DNA from: Marsupella aquatica
Lineage: Eukaryota; Plantae; Marchantiophyta
Assembly: GCA_973895155.1 (NCBI GenBank)
Contig: OZ316899.1
Span: forward strand, 13,457,934 to 13,521,933
Reading direction: 5' to 3'
DNA length: 64,000 nucleotides
Shown here: positions 22,727 through 33,007 of the stretch, one piece after another
How the letters are laid out: the number at the start of each line of letters is the position of its first letter
Position numbering within the stretch: the first letter of the stretch is position 1
Translations under genes and position numbers: made by a program
Notes under the pieces: model-generated
Told to the model about the DNA's origin: nothing
The model's input: the letters and a program-made list of their open reading frames with translations, nothing else
Databases searched by the model: none

Positions 22727-25700
22727 ATGCCCATCACTCGTTCTCAAGCAACTTACTTGAGGAGATTGACCAGCGAACGAGAAAGTGCAACCACAACAAG
22801 CTCCGACTCGTCGGGCTCGGAGGACTCGCAATCGTCCCGACGTATGAACATACCCCCGGGATCTTCGGGGTCCGGTTCGACCGGCCCTGCTGCGGTTCCA
22901 CCACCACCACCACCACCACCTATGGCAGCCGCTCCACCGGTGGCCCGCGCTGCTCAGGCGCCTCCACAAATATCGCAACGATCGCGATTTCATTATCGAC
23001 CTTTCAAAGGGCGTCATGGGGATGATCCGGATGAATGGTTGGATGAGTTTGAAGCCACTGCTAAAGCTAATGGGGAAGATGCCATTAAGCTAACCGTCCT
23101 CTCGGGAGTGATGCGGGGAGAAGCTCGTCCATGGTACAACTCGTTACCACCCGGGACTACCTGGGCACAATTCCAAGCTGCATTGCTGCAGGAGTTTTGT
23201 GCCATTGGATCAGAACAGCGTTCTCTATTAAAGATTGGCCAGCTTCGCATGGGAAAAAAAGAGTCCCTGCGGAAATTCATTCAGAAGTTTCAGAAACTTG
23301 CGGCCAAGATCCGGCCCAGGCCAGGAGACGCGCTCCAGCTTACATGGTTCCTTCATGGTTTGCCCATGAATATGCAATTCTGGGTACGCCAGAATAATCC
23401 AATTTCAATGCAGGCGGCCATAGCGTGCGCCGAAACTTACCGGGAGTCCACCTATAACTCCCGGCGGAGCCAGCGAGCACGCCGCAAGAAGGGTAAGTAC
23501 GAAACCTTCAGTGACAGTGACTCCGAATCGGACGACGAGAGGAAGAAGAAACGCAAGAAGAAGAAGAAACATCGTTCGACCTCGTCCAGCTCCGAGACGG
23601 AATCCAGTTCGGATTCAGCTTCAAGCATCGGATCCTCTACCTCCAGTTCATCAGGAAGTGACTTGGAGAGCGAAAGCCGGAGCAAAAAGAAGAAGAGACG
23701 AGTGAAGAAGGAGGGGAAGATTAAACCCCGGGCGCGAAGAACGATACCAGATCCAAAGGCTGCCGAAGCAGACAAGCTGAACGAAATCACGGATCGACTC
23801 AAAGCACTGTCAGTACATCTTGCAGAAAAGCCGGTGGAGAAGAAGAAGCCATCTGAGATTCGAACCCATGCGTGGTGTTCAAAGTGCTTCCAATCCGGCC
23901 ATGTGGTGCAGGAATGCCCAAGGTGGAAGAACCGAGTTCACCAAGTAGAGCTGGATGATGTTGACAACCCGGGCCCCGAATCGGAGTCCACGGAGTATTT
24001 CTTTGAGGACCCTCCTGATTCCGTGTACCAGATTTCAACGGTAGGTCCGCGTAATTTAGCGGGTAGAACTGCGTACCCCTACCCAAGTAATGGCCGGAGT
24101 TTCCAGGTTATCAGTAACCCGAGCATCCCTCCTAAGCCAGGGATTTGGCGGTCCCCGGTTTGTTACAACTGTGAAAATCCAGGACACTTTGCGAGGGAAT
24201 GCACCGAACCAAGACGTCAGGGAGATGGCCGAGGCACCCCACTATGTCAAGTTTGCAAAACGGAGGCTCATTCCACGGCCAACTGCCCGTTGGTAATCGC
24301 TGCTCGAACGAGTGCGGCTAGACCGGCCCAGGCTGGACCAGTCACGAGCGATGCAGTCGTCCAAATGATTGCTGTAGAATGGCAAGATGACAACACCGAG
24401 TGGGTGAATCTGGTGGACGTGGCGGAACACCCTAATCCATTGGATGAGGCCGAGTGCTACCGAGTGTCGACAAGGGCCGAACGGAAGGAAGAAAAGACGG
24501 AGGAGAAACGGAGGAAAAAGCAAGATACTACTCTGGTGCAGCTAGCGATAAATATACCCCCGGAAAAGGACGATGACTACCGAAGGGACGACCCGAAGCT
24601 GTTTTTCCCCCACATCGAAGAATTGGTAAAGAAACAGCTGGAGGCTTACGAAGCTCGGGAATACCAAAAGGCAATCGATAAGGACATCAAAGCAGCCGAG
24701 ACAGCCCGGCGTCAGGAGCAAGAAAAGCAAGATAAACAAGAGGAAGCCAAGCAGCAGCCAACGAAAGAAACAAAGGAGGACTATGATATTAAGGAGGACG
24801 TGAAGAGTTGCCCGGTTACAGCGACGGTGGGGCAACTGCTGCAGAACAACCCACAGTACAGACGACAACTGAGGGAGTTGCTCATGGGTCGCCGAAGGAG
24901 GAGACTACCCCGAGTTGGGAGTGCGGACTGCAACATGATATGCGAGGACCTTGGAGCGCCGGACATCTCGATCGAAATTAATAACTGTACCATCAAGATG
25001 GTTCTTGTAGACGGAGGAGCGGGAGTCAACATCATGACTGAAGAAACGTCAATCAAGTTAGGATACCTCACGTATCAACCCACGGCCCGAGCTATCAGAT
25101 TAGCAAACGGGGCAAGGGTCCTCCCATTAGGCACGCTCACACGAGTGCTCACTCTGGTGGGAGGGGTAGAGTTCTATCTCAACTTCTTAGTCATGAGGCC
25201 GGTTCGTCCCTCCTCTTATCCGGTTCTTCTGGGCAGGCCGTGGTTGTACGGTGGCCGCGTAGTCACGGATTGGGGAAAGAAGGAGCTACGGTTCGGGGAA
25301 CCCACCGTACGGGTATCCTGGGCAATGGACGATTATCAGGGAGAAACCCCACAAGGACCCGAGGAATATGATTCGGAGACCTCGGAGGAAGAGGAACTCA
25401 ATATGATCGAACTCATCTCGTCCCTATCCGAGGAAGATGTCTTCGGAGTTGAAGCAACCCGAGAAACACATCTCCTAAATTACCCGAGGGCTGCCATTGA
25501 GTCCACCCCAAGTACATCTACTGTCGGGGATGAGGAAACGCACAAACAACTTGTCGAGACGGAGGACACGGCTCCAGCTAAGCAGGGAGCCGAGGCTACT
25601 CCTTCCATTTCAGAGCCTCGTAACCATGAACCAGCCCAACAACCGCCTGAGGCCGAAAACTCGAGACCGAGACATAAAAAGCGAGTCTCATGGGATCCGT

Positions 25701-26578
25701 CCATTCCGCAATTCGAGGAAGTAAACCCCATCCCGAGACCAATCCCGGTCCCACCCATGTACGGAGGGGTTCGGTTAGCTGAGCTTGACGCGAGCCTGGA
25801 CCCAAGTCTGCGAAACCAGGTTGAAGTCATCAGGAAGGAGCACTACCGGAAGTACACTATTGGGATGGACAAATCTTTTAACCTGGGCCACGCTCTGACG
25901 GGGAAGGCTGAAAAATCCATCCAAGCTTTGCTCAAGGAATATGAAGATGTGTTTGCATGGAGTCATCATGATTTAACAGGCGTCTCCCCCGAGTTGGGAG
26001 AACACACAATCGATCTGAACCTAGGAGCCCATGCGGTACGACAGCGACAACGTCGCATGAATCCGAGGTACTCCATCTTAGTGAAGGAGGAAATTGATCG
26101 TCTCCTCGCCGCCGATATCATTTACCCGGTAATGGCCAGCGACTGGGTCTCTCCCATTGTCATTGTACCAAAGAAGGGAGGTACGGATGGAAAACCTAAG
26201 ATTCGTATCTGTCAGGACTACCGTAAGCTGAATGACGCAACCCGAAAAGACCATTACCCATTACCATTCACGGATATGGTTCTAGATATGGTGGCCCGAA
26301 ATGAAATCTATACATTTCTTGACGGGTATTCAGGTTATAACCAAATCTGGATTCGTCTCACGGATCAGCTCAAAACAACTTTCACTACGGAGTGGGGAAC
26401 GTTCGCATTTCGGAGGATGCCTTTTGGTCTGTGTAACGCCCCGGCTATGTTTCAGCGCCTTATGATGAATATCTTCCACGATTTCCTACGGGAATTTTTG
26501 GAGATATTTATCGATGACTTTGCCATCTTCGGAACCGTTGCCATGCACCCCGAACACCTACGACGAACGTTGCAATGA
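22727..26578 (+). CDS. gag-pol: Gag-Pol N-terminal part: retrotransposon Gag, three CCHC knuckles, aspartic protease, RT (ends at a premature TGA)
   Basis: DPDEWLDEF/ARPWY Gag; CSKC..GH...EC, CYNCENPGHFAREC and CQVC...H...NC; LVDGGAGVNIM protease; CQDYRKLN, LDGYSGYNQI, MPFGLCNAPA, FIDD. TGA at 26576 corresponds to an Arg codon in the old copy. Confidence 0.95.
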   Translation: MPITRSQATYLRRLTSERESATTTSSDSSGSEDSQSSRRMNIPPGSSGSGSTGPAAVPPPPPPPPMAAAPPVARAAQAPPQISQRSRFHYRPFKGRHGDDPDEWLDEFEATAKANGEDAIKLTVLSGVMRGEARPWYNSLPPGTTWAQFQAALLQEFCAIGSEQRSLLKIGQLRMGKKESLRKFIQKFQKLAAKIRPRPGDALQLTWFLHGLPMNMQFWVRQNNPISMQAAIACAETYRESTYNSRRSQRARRKKGKYETFSDSDSESDDERKKKRKKKKKHRSTSSSSETESSSDSASSIGSSTSSSSGSDLESESRSKKKKRRVKKEGKIKPRARRTIPDPKAAEADKLNEITDRLKALSVHLAEKPVEKKKPSEIRTHAWCSKCFQSGHVVQECPRWKNRVHQVELDDVDNPGPESESTEYFFEDPPDSVYQISTVGPRNLAGRTAYPYPSNGRSFQVISNPSIPPKPGIWRSPVCYNCENPGHFARECTEPRRQGDGRGTPLCQVCKTEAHSTANCPLVIAARTSAARPAQAGPVTSDAVVQMIAVEWQDDNTEWVNLVDVAEHPNPLDEAECYRVSTRAERKEEKTEEKRRKKQDTTLVQLAINIPPEKDDDYRRDDPKLFFPHIEELVKKQLEAYEAREYQKAIDKDIKAAETARRQEQEKQDKQEEAKQQPTKETKEDYDIKEDVKSCPVTATVGQLLQNNPQYRRQLRELLMGRRRRRLPRVGSADCNMICEDLGAPDISIEINNCTIKMVLVDGGAGVNIMTEETSIKLGYLTYQPTARAIRLANGARVLPLGTLTRVLTLVGGVEFYLNFLVMRPVRPSSYPVLLGRPWLYGGRVVTDWGKKELRFGEPTVRVSWAMDDYQGETPQGPEEYDSETSEEEELNMIELISSLSEEDVFGVEATRETHLLNYPRAAIESTPSTSTVGDEETHKQLVETEDTAPAKQGAEATPSISEPRNHEPAQQPPEAENSRPRHKKRVSWDPSIPQFEEVNPIPRPIPVPPMYGGVRLAELDASLDPSLRNQVEVIRKEHYRKYTIGMDKSFNLGHALTGKAEKSIQALLKEYEDVFAWSHHDLTGVSPELGEHTIDLNLGAHAVRQRQRRMNPRYSILVKEEIDRLLAADIIYPVMASDWVSPIVIVPKKGGTDGKPKIRICQDYRKLNDATRKDHYPLPFTDMVLDMVARNEIYTFLDGYSGYNQIWIRLTDQLKTTFTTEWGTFAFRRMPFGLCNAPAMFQRLMMNIFHDFLREFLEIFIDDFAIFGTVAMHPEHLRRTLQ

Positions 26579-26638
26579 TGCCGAGATGTTAACCTCAAAC
26601 TACATCCCGCCAAATGCTTCTTCGGGGTAGAGGAGGGG

Positions 26639-28723
26639 GTGTTACTCGGGCATCGTGTGTCCAAACGGGGCATTGAGGTGGACCAAGAGAAAGTTGCGGC
26701 CTGGATGGCGGTGGTGTTCCCCTTGGATCAAAAAGCAGTACGATCCTTCTTGGGCTGCGTAGGGTATTACCGCCGGTTCATTAAAGACTTTGCTAAAATT
26801 GCGTTGCCCTTAACTGAGATGATGAAGAAGGACGCAGCGGTCGAGGAGACACCCCGGAGATGGATTGCTTTTGAGGAACTCCGTAAACGACTCACCACCG
26901 CGCCTATCATGGTCACCCCAGACTGGAATAAGGAGTTCCACGTGTATGTCGATGTGTCAGGGTTCTGTATCGGATCCGTACTTAGTCAGCTAGATGAGGA
27001 TGGACGTGATCACCCCATCTATTTCGCTAGCCGTCAACTATTTGCAGCCAAAAAGAATTATTCCCCCACTGATCGAGAAGCTTTGGGAATAATCTACTCG
27101 TGTAAAAAGTTCCGACACTATCTGCTAGGCTACAAGGTCATTTTCCACACGGATCATGATAGCCTGAAGTACATGGTCAACAAAGCGGATGTGACAGGAC
27201 GGATAGCCCGGTGGGTGCTACTTCTCCAGGAATTTAATTACGAAGTTCGGGTTCGGCCAGGAAGGGTACACCTCAATGCCGATTTCTTTTCACGACTGGA
27301 CGGCGTACCAGTCGATCAGCCAATTGATGATATTTTTCCGGATGAGGAGTTGTTCCACGCGGGGGAAGGGACACCAACGTGGTACGGCTCAATAATCACC
27401 TTCCTTTTAACGGGCCGCATCCCTGACGGCATCAATCAGGAGGCCGCCGCTGTGTTTTTACGGAAAGCCGGGCCTTACGTCATGATACAGGGTCACCTAC
27501 ATAAGGAAGGTATTAACGGAAAGTTACGACGCTGCTTAGAGTATAAGGAGACACTTATCATGATACGGGCCCTGCATGAAGAAGAAGCTGGAGGCCATTT
27601 CGCGGCAGTTACGACAGCCCGAAAGATTCTGGACTCGGGGTATTGGTGGCCTACGTTGCATCGGGATGTACAGCGCTTCATTAAGGGCTGTGACTTGTGT
27701 CAGCGAGAGGGGGCCCCGAGGCGGGCTCATCATCACCCGCTCACATCTGTGCTTCCATTGGCACCATTCGAAAAATGGGGAATTGATTATATCGGACCGT
27801 TCACTCCCGTTACCCGAAGGCGAAGGTGCAGGTACATCCTATTAGCTATTGATTACTCCACCAAATGGGTCGAAGCGCGGGCTACAGTAAAGGACGACGC
27901 CGCCGCAACCAGTGCCAGATTCTTATACGAACAGATTTTCACCCGATTCGGACCGCCCTTAGAATTGGTAAGCGACCGTGGAACCCACTTCCTTAATGAT
28001 ACCGTAGCCCAGCTTACGGAGCGTTACCTAGTCAAGCACCGCAAGACTACCCCATATCATCCTAAAGCCAACGGGATGGCGGAGAGAGCAAATGGTATCA
28101 TTGGGAAGATCCTCAACAAAACTGTAGCTGCGCACAAAACGGATTGGGATGATAAGTTGTACGCGGCGGTGTACTCGTATAATCTAGCTTACAAAACTAC
28201 TACGAGTCACAGCCCGTACTTTCTGGTGTTCGGCCAACATTCGTTGGTGCCCGTCGAATTTGAAGTGCACACTCCACGGGTTAGCATTCGGGATCGCTTA
28301 CCTAAATCTGAAAGTCTGTCAGACCGAGCTTATCAGATTGAAGCCTTGGAAGAAGCACGGCTACTGGCAGCTCGACACACCGTGAAGAAACAGGCAACTT
28401 CGAAGAAGCAGCATGACAAAGGACTACGGAGGGTCGACGTCGTGGCAGGCGATCTAGTCCTTCTGTACGATAGTAGGTACATGCAGTTTCCAGGGAAGCT
28501 GCATACCCGGTGGTTGGGGCCCTTCCTTGTCAATCAGATCTACCAAAACGGATCTTTGGAGCTTGCGACGTATGCCGGCGATTTACTCCCCACGCGAATC
28601 AGCTACGATCGTGTAAAAAAGTACCAGCATCAAGATGACGACGCCGATAGCGATGTTCGCGAGGATGCTTCACAATTAAGCAGGGAGCTATGTGACGCCG
28701 TCGGTACGGCGGTTAATGAGTGA
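26639..28723 (+). CDS. pol: Gag-Pol C-terminal part: RT thumb, RNase H, integrase (same frame as 22727-26578)
   Basis: LLGH, FLGCVGYYRRFI, VYVDVS...NYSPTDREAL...TDH; H..GH..CDLC zinc finger; GIDY, SDRG, NGMAER; GPF tail. No chromodomain. The stop codon lies inside the 3' LTR. Confidence 0.95.
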   Translation: MLLGHRVSKRGIEVDQEKVAAWMAVVFPLDQKAVRSFLGCVGYYRRFIKDFAKIALPLTEMMKKDAAVEETPRRWIAFEELRKRLTTAPIMVTPDWNKEFHVYVDVSGFCIGSVLSQLDEDGRDHPIYFASRQLFAAKKNYSPTDREALGIIYSCKKFRHYLLGYKVIFHTDHDSLKYMVNKADVTGRIARWVLLLQEFNYEVRVRPGRVHLNADFFSRLDGVPVDQPIDDIFPDEELFHAGEGTPTWYGSIITFLLTGRIPDGINQEAAAVFLRKAGPYVMIQGHLHKEGINGKLRRCLEYKETLIMIRALHEEEAGGHFAAVTTARKILDSGYWWPTLHRDVQRFIKGCDLCQREGAPRRAHHHPLTSVLPLAPFEKWGIDYIGPFTPVTRRRRCRYILLAIDYSTKWVEARATVKDDAAATSARFLYEQIFTRFGPPLELVSDRGTHFLNDTVAQLTERYLVKHRKTTPYHPKANGMAERANGIIGKILNKTVAAHKTDWDDKLYAAVYSYNLAYKTTTSHSPYFLVFGQHSLVPVEFEVHTPRVSIRDRLPKSESLSDRAYQIEALEEARLLAARHTVKKQATSKKQHDKGLRRVDVVAGDLVLLYDSRYMQFPGKLHTRWLGPFLVNQIYQNGSLELATYAGDLLPTRISYDRVKKYQHQDDDADSDVREDASQLSRELCDAVGTAVNE
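28678..28690 (+). other. Short polypurine tract
   Basis: AAGCAGGGAGCTA immediately before the 3' LTR. The related GGGAGTTA precedes the minus-strand LTR at 53758. Confidence 0.55.
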
Positions 28724-31700
28724 TTCAGTCTAACTGCGCTCGGCACGCGCGTTAGGTGGGTCTTAGGCCGCTATTATTAGCATAACGACAGTATTTAGGT
28801 AATCATTAGGGGTAGGACATCATTAGGCAATAAGGGGGACTTCAGGTTCGGGCTGGCGGCGGGTCGCTATTCGCACACCCGGGTTACGAGCGTGGAGGGG
28901 CCCCTCCCTCGGGTCCGTATAACGAACTTAAGGAAGCGGCCACTGACGCACGCTGACTCAGACCGGCGGAGTGGCCGGTACACCACAAGCGTGAGCGGTT
29001 CAACCTATGGGCGTCGAGGAGACGTCGGGGATCGACAAGCCCTCAAAGTATAAAAGGGGAGCCAACCCTTTGTAGTGCACCAGTCCATCAGTCCGCGCGC
29101 CAGCTTCGACCCCAGCTCTCTCGTTCTCTCTAGGTCGCCACTACTATCTCCTCTGAATGTCGCACACGATCCTCTCCAGCTCGGCCATTCGATTCTGGAC
29201 GCAGTTCCTATCTACCGGAAGGCACTTGGCCGATTCATTGAAACACGCCAACCCGCGCCGATACGAGATCGAACGCGAATACGAGAGAGCCATCCGCCTA
29301 GCAGGACGACACCACTACGTCCTTAACTTTGACTACCCGTCTCAGAGCGAGCTTTACCGACCAGCTGAGGTATCTGGGTACTTCTTCAACGGAGACAAAT
29401 ATATTGGGTTCTGGGAAGCATTGCTTCGGCTTCCGGACGAGGTCTTCAATATCCCGGGTACAATCGACCTGCAGCGACATCACTTCGACCACATCGCTGC
29501 CCAGGTTCGGGCTGTCATTAACGGCGAGTCCAGTACCAACCGTTCGACAAGGGCGTCCGCACTCGCTTTGGAGAACTTCTACCAGCACCTGCAGAGCTTC
29601 ATGGGAACTCGGCCATCAACCAACATGACCAACTCAGCCGGACCTGTACCTGTACCCGTACCCGTGCCCATGCAACCCCAGCCTCAACTTCAGCTTCAGC
29701 CTCAGCCGCAGCCTAGCCAAACCCCACCACCTATCACCCAGCCAGCACAGGTACGCTCCGTCATCAACGCTGTGGATCTTAGCAATGACGACGAGGCTAC
29801 CCCACCCTTGACCAGGCGGCCCAGAGGAACAAGCGCGCGGGGGGCGGACACTATATCATCCCCACCCCCTGCTCTGACCCCAGGAGCGGCCCCAGCAGAC
29901 AACATAGTGACCGTGGCCGCCCCAGGCCCGTTACCAACCGCAGTGGCACTCCCCAGGCCCGATCGGGAGGATGGGGAAGTATCACCTTCCCCGAGTCAGT
30001 CACGGGGAAAGAAGAGGAAGGAATCCGCCACTGCATCCGGGTTACCATTGGCCACGGTAGCCGTAGCCAAGGTGACGATGCATCGCATGGGGAAAAACAT
30101 TCATAGCAACATCCTCCATCCCAAGCATGCGGTGTACCTGAAGACTCAGGGATTTGAGCACCTCACCTCTCTCCCCTGGAACACTTGCAGGTACTACGGG
30201 GAGGACATGACAGAATTCGTCAAGAATTATGACGACGTACGTCAACAGACTCGGCTGCGGGGAAGGAATATATCCCTCACAGAAGAACGGCTCAAGATGA
30301 TCTTCGGGTTACCCGAAGGTGACCATCGAGTCGAATCACGGGCTCCCGGGGGCAAGGGGGCCAAGTACCAATCTTCAAGTTTTCCCTCAGAGGGATCAGT
30401 AGACAACGGGTTCGTGATGAGGACCTGCCTCATGCCCGAGATAGCTGAGCGGCTGGAGTTCCAGAGGTACGCTCTCCACATGATGGAACCCCGGGGGGAG
30501 ATCTCCGCCGCCCAGGTTATCCAGGTCGAGAACTATCAACCTAGGAAATGGGCGTCGTACTTCGCTAAGAAATTCCATGAAGAGATGGAGCGGTGAAGGA
30601 AGACGCTGTACATTGGCGGGAAGGCGTATTTCGCTAGCCATATCAAAATCATTCTTGAGTGGTACGCCCGATTTGATCGACGAACCCTTCCCCGCATCAA
30701 CGTTACAAAGCTGGTCCCAGCTAGGTGGGTTTTTCCGGCATTGGAGAGACCCGAGGCCCGAAGTCCAGTGGACACGCCAGCTTCACCCACCCCACCTCCA
30801 CAAATAGCTGTAATCGTAACCGAGGAGGCGCCGGAGGGGTCGGTCATCGCAACCGTTGATGCGACCCAACTAGCCGGGCTAAGTACAGAAGTTGGTACGG
30901 CAGAGGTCTTACCCGAACCCGGGTCTCCCAAGGACCCGCCGGTGGCAATTCTGGAGAACCGGACATCGCTGCAGGAGGACACTCCAGCCCCTTCCAACGT
31001 TATGTCCCCAGGGCTGGACGTCACTGCCCCGGCCCCTGCGCGTGTTGATGTCTGCCCGTGCCCAAATCCGGACAGGCACAACTTGGACCACCCGGAACTC
31101 TTCGTACAGGGTACGTTTCTGAACGGGCTTCTGGGAGATTTCTCTCATCAAATTGCCCGGGATACCGGGGAGTTCATGGCCCGGAAGGTAGCCTGTTTCT
31201 TCAATCAGGAGTTGGTTGCTGCCGTAAAGGCAGGTCGGGCCCAGTCGGAGGCCCTTCAGAGGATAGAGCGGTACCGGGTGGAGTCCGTGTACCTAAAGAA
31301 CGAAGTGGCGGCTCAAGAGGCTGAGCTTCTGCAACTACGACCCAAGGTTGCAGCCGCCGATGAGTTGTTAGCAAAGGCGTACGCTCTTACCGCCCTAGCC
31401 GAACAGGCCAAAGCTGGGAACGAGGCCGAGATTACACGACTCCGGAACCAGATTGACAGTTTGAAGAAACAAGCTGTCACCTGGCAGAAAGACCTGGAGG
31501 AGGCCGAGGAGCGAGCCCAGCGGGACGCGATGGAGATAGCCATGCTGCAGGCCAAGATGGTGCGGCTCCAAACCGAGGCCGAGAAGCAGGACCAGCTGGC
31601 GAGTAAACTGACGAGCGACGCCCAGCAGCTGGAGGAGGCATGTCAGGAGGCAGCAGAGGAGACGGACGCGGCGAGGCGAGAGAACGAATCTCTGCTGGAC

Positions 31701-32695
31701 CAGGTCCAGCTCCTCAAAGCGGACAATGACAGGCTTCGAAGGCAGCGGGATGGCCGTTCCCATTCGGGCGGCTCTGGCAAGCGTGCCAGGCATTAGCGGC
31801 GGAGTAGGAATAGATTAGGATTAGGATTGGCTTAGTCAGGCTCTTGGGACAGGCACCTACCTTAGGTACAGCAGCGCTGCCCTGCTGTCCAGCCTGCGTA
31901 GATTAGGATCTTCTAATAAGACACAGCCGTTTTCCGGCCTGACTGTCAGCTTAGTTAGGACCTTAGTCAGCGAATCTTCGGCGAGAGGACACCCCGTTCC
32001 TCGGCTCTTAGTATTTAGTGCACCCCTCGGTAGAGGCAAGGGGGGGGTTTTTAGTTTCAGAGTCGAACATCTGCGGGACATGCGGGGAGTCCCGACCTCT
32101 GGGAATGACAGAGTACCAAGGGGAGGGGGTAGGACTAAGCTCGTCGGGCGAGTGCGGAGCCGGGCTCCGTTGTAGTGTGCACCCTCGGCCTTGAACCTGT
32201 GCATTCCAGGGCTGTCGTGTCAACTAAGTGTACGCATATGTTCCCTTTGTAGTAAAATCCTTTCCCATCATTTTCCTTCGTGTAAATCGAGATTGTATGC
32301 ATGTGTGCGCATATGTGTGTGGGCTTCTCGTATATGGGTGGCAGCGCCAGGCCGAACGCACTACCCGAGACGTGCACAGGGTGCAGCCTGCGGGTAAGTG
32401 GTTGCGAGCACGGGTTGAGGACCTGTATCATCGAATCCGGATCGAAGGCGGACAGCACGAAGGCTTAGAAGCCCTTAAGCCGGGGTCGATCCTGCTATCG
32501 ACTAAGGTACGTTCCGGCGGCGGAACACAAACCATACCTAGGAGGTGTCCGTATTTAGCAGTATGCGCACTTAGCGCTAGTTTACGAGAATAAGGTGCAT
32601 TACGTGCTTCCCTTCCTGCCCGAACCCTTAGATTTACGAGGGATGTGCCCGTCTAAGCTGAAGTCTGAGTTAAGGCCGAAGCCTACGACGTGACA
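28691..32695 (+). repeat. 3' LTR (4005 bp)
   Basis: Direct repeat of 18590-22603 with a 9-bp in-frame deletion near 30750. Confidence 0.97.
29157..31796 (+). CDS. LTR-encoded 879-codon protein in the 3' LTR; one CGA>TGA stop at 30594
   Basis: ORFs 29157-30596 and 30741-31796 are in the same frame. The stop differs from the one in the 5' LTR copy. Confidence 0.85.
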
Positions 32696-33007
32696 GGAGT
32701 AATGGTAGGGATTGCCACCCATTGCATACTACAAGGTTTTGTCGCGTCGATGGCTTGAAAGCCCCAAGCCGGGAGTTAGTCCGAGTCACTAACTGTGGGA
32801 ATATTCCAGCGGTGGAAAACAAATATACCTATCACCAGTACGAGTTGCATAAGTATTATACCGGTAAGTAGATTGACTTAGCCGGACTTAGGGCTAATCG
32901 AGGCCACTACACACCTCCTTGCCCAAACCCTCACCTCTACTAGTGGTCGAGGTCGCCCCATGGAACTAAACTGGATTTAAGGCCCGGGTTAAGGGTGCAA
33001 CAAACAG

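Larger units (their letters stand above)
18590..32695 (+). mobile_element. Full-length Ty3/gypsy LTR retrotransposon (non-chromovirus, Athila/Phygy/Selgy-like), 14.1 kb with gene-bearing 4-kb LTRs
   Basis: TSD GGAGT at 18585-18589 and 32696-32700. Near-identical LTRs, PBS, gag-PR-RT-RH-INT and PPT. Confidence 0.97.
11761..33002 (+). mobile_element. Solo LTR family B (~3.16 kb after removing nested inserts: 11761-11889, 15859-18589, 32701-33002)
   Basis: TGTGACAC...GTGCAACA termini. TSD AACAG at 11756-11760 and 33003-33007. Shares 3' motifs with family A (GGGAGTCCCG, AAGCCGGG, CCTTGCCCAAACCCT, AGGCCCGGGTTAAGG). Confidence 0.85.

Noticed and set aside
26576-26578. Programmed read-through stop between gag and pol
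   Set aside because: The TGA lies inside RT, just after FIDD, and the old copy has an Arg codon there (LQRCR), so it is a point mutation.
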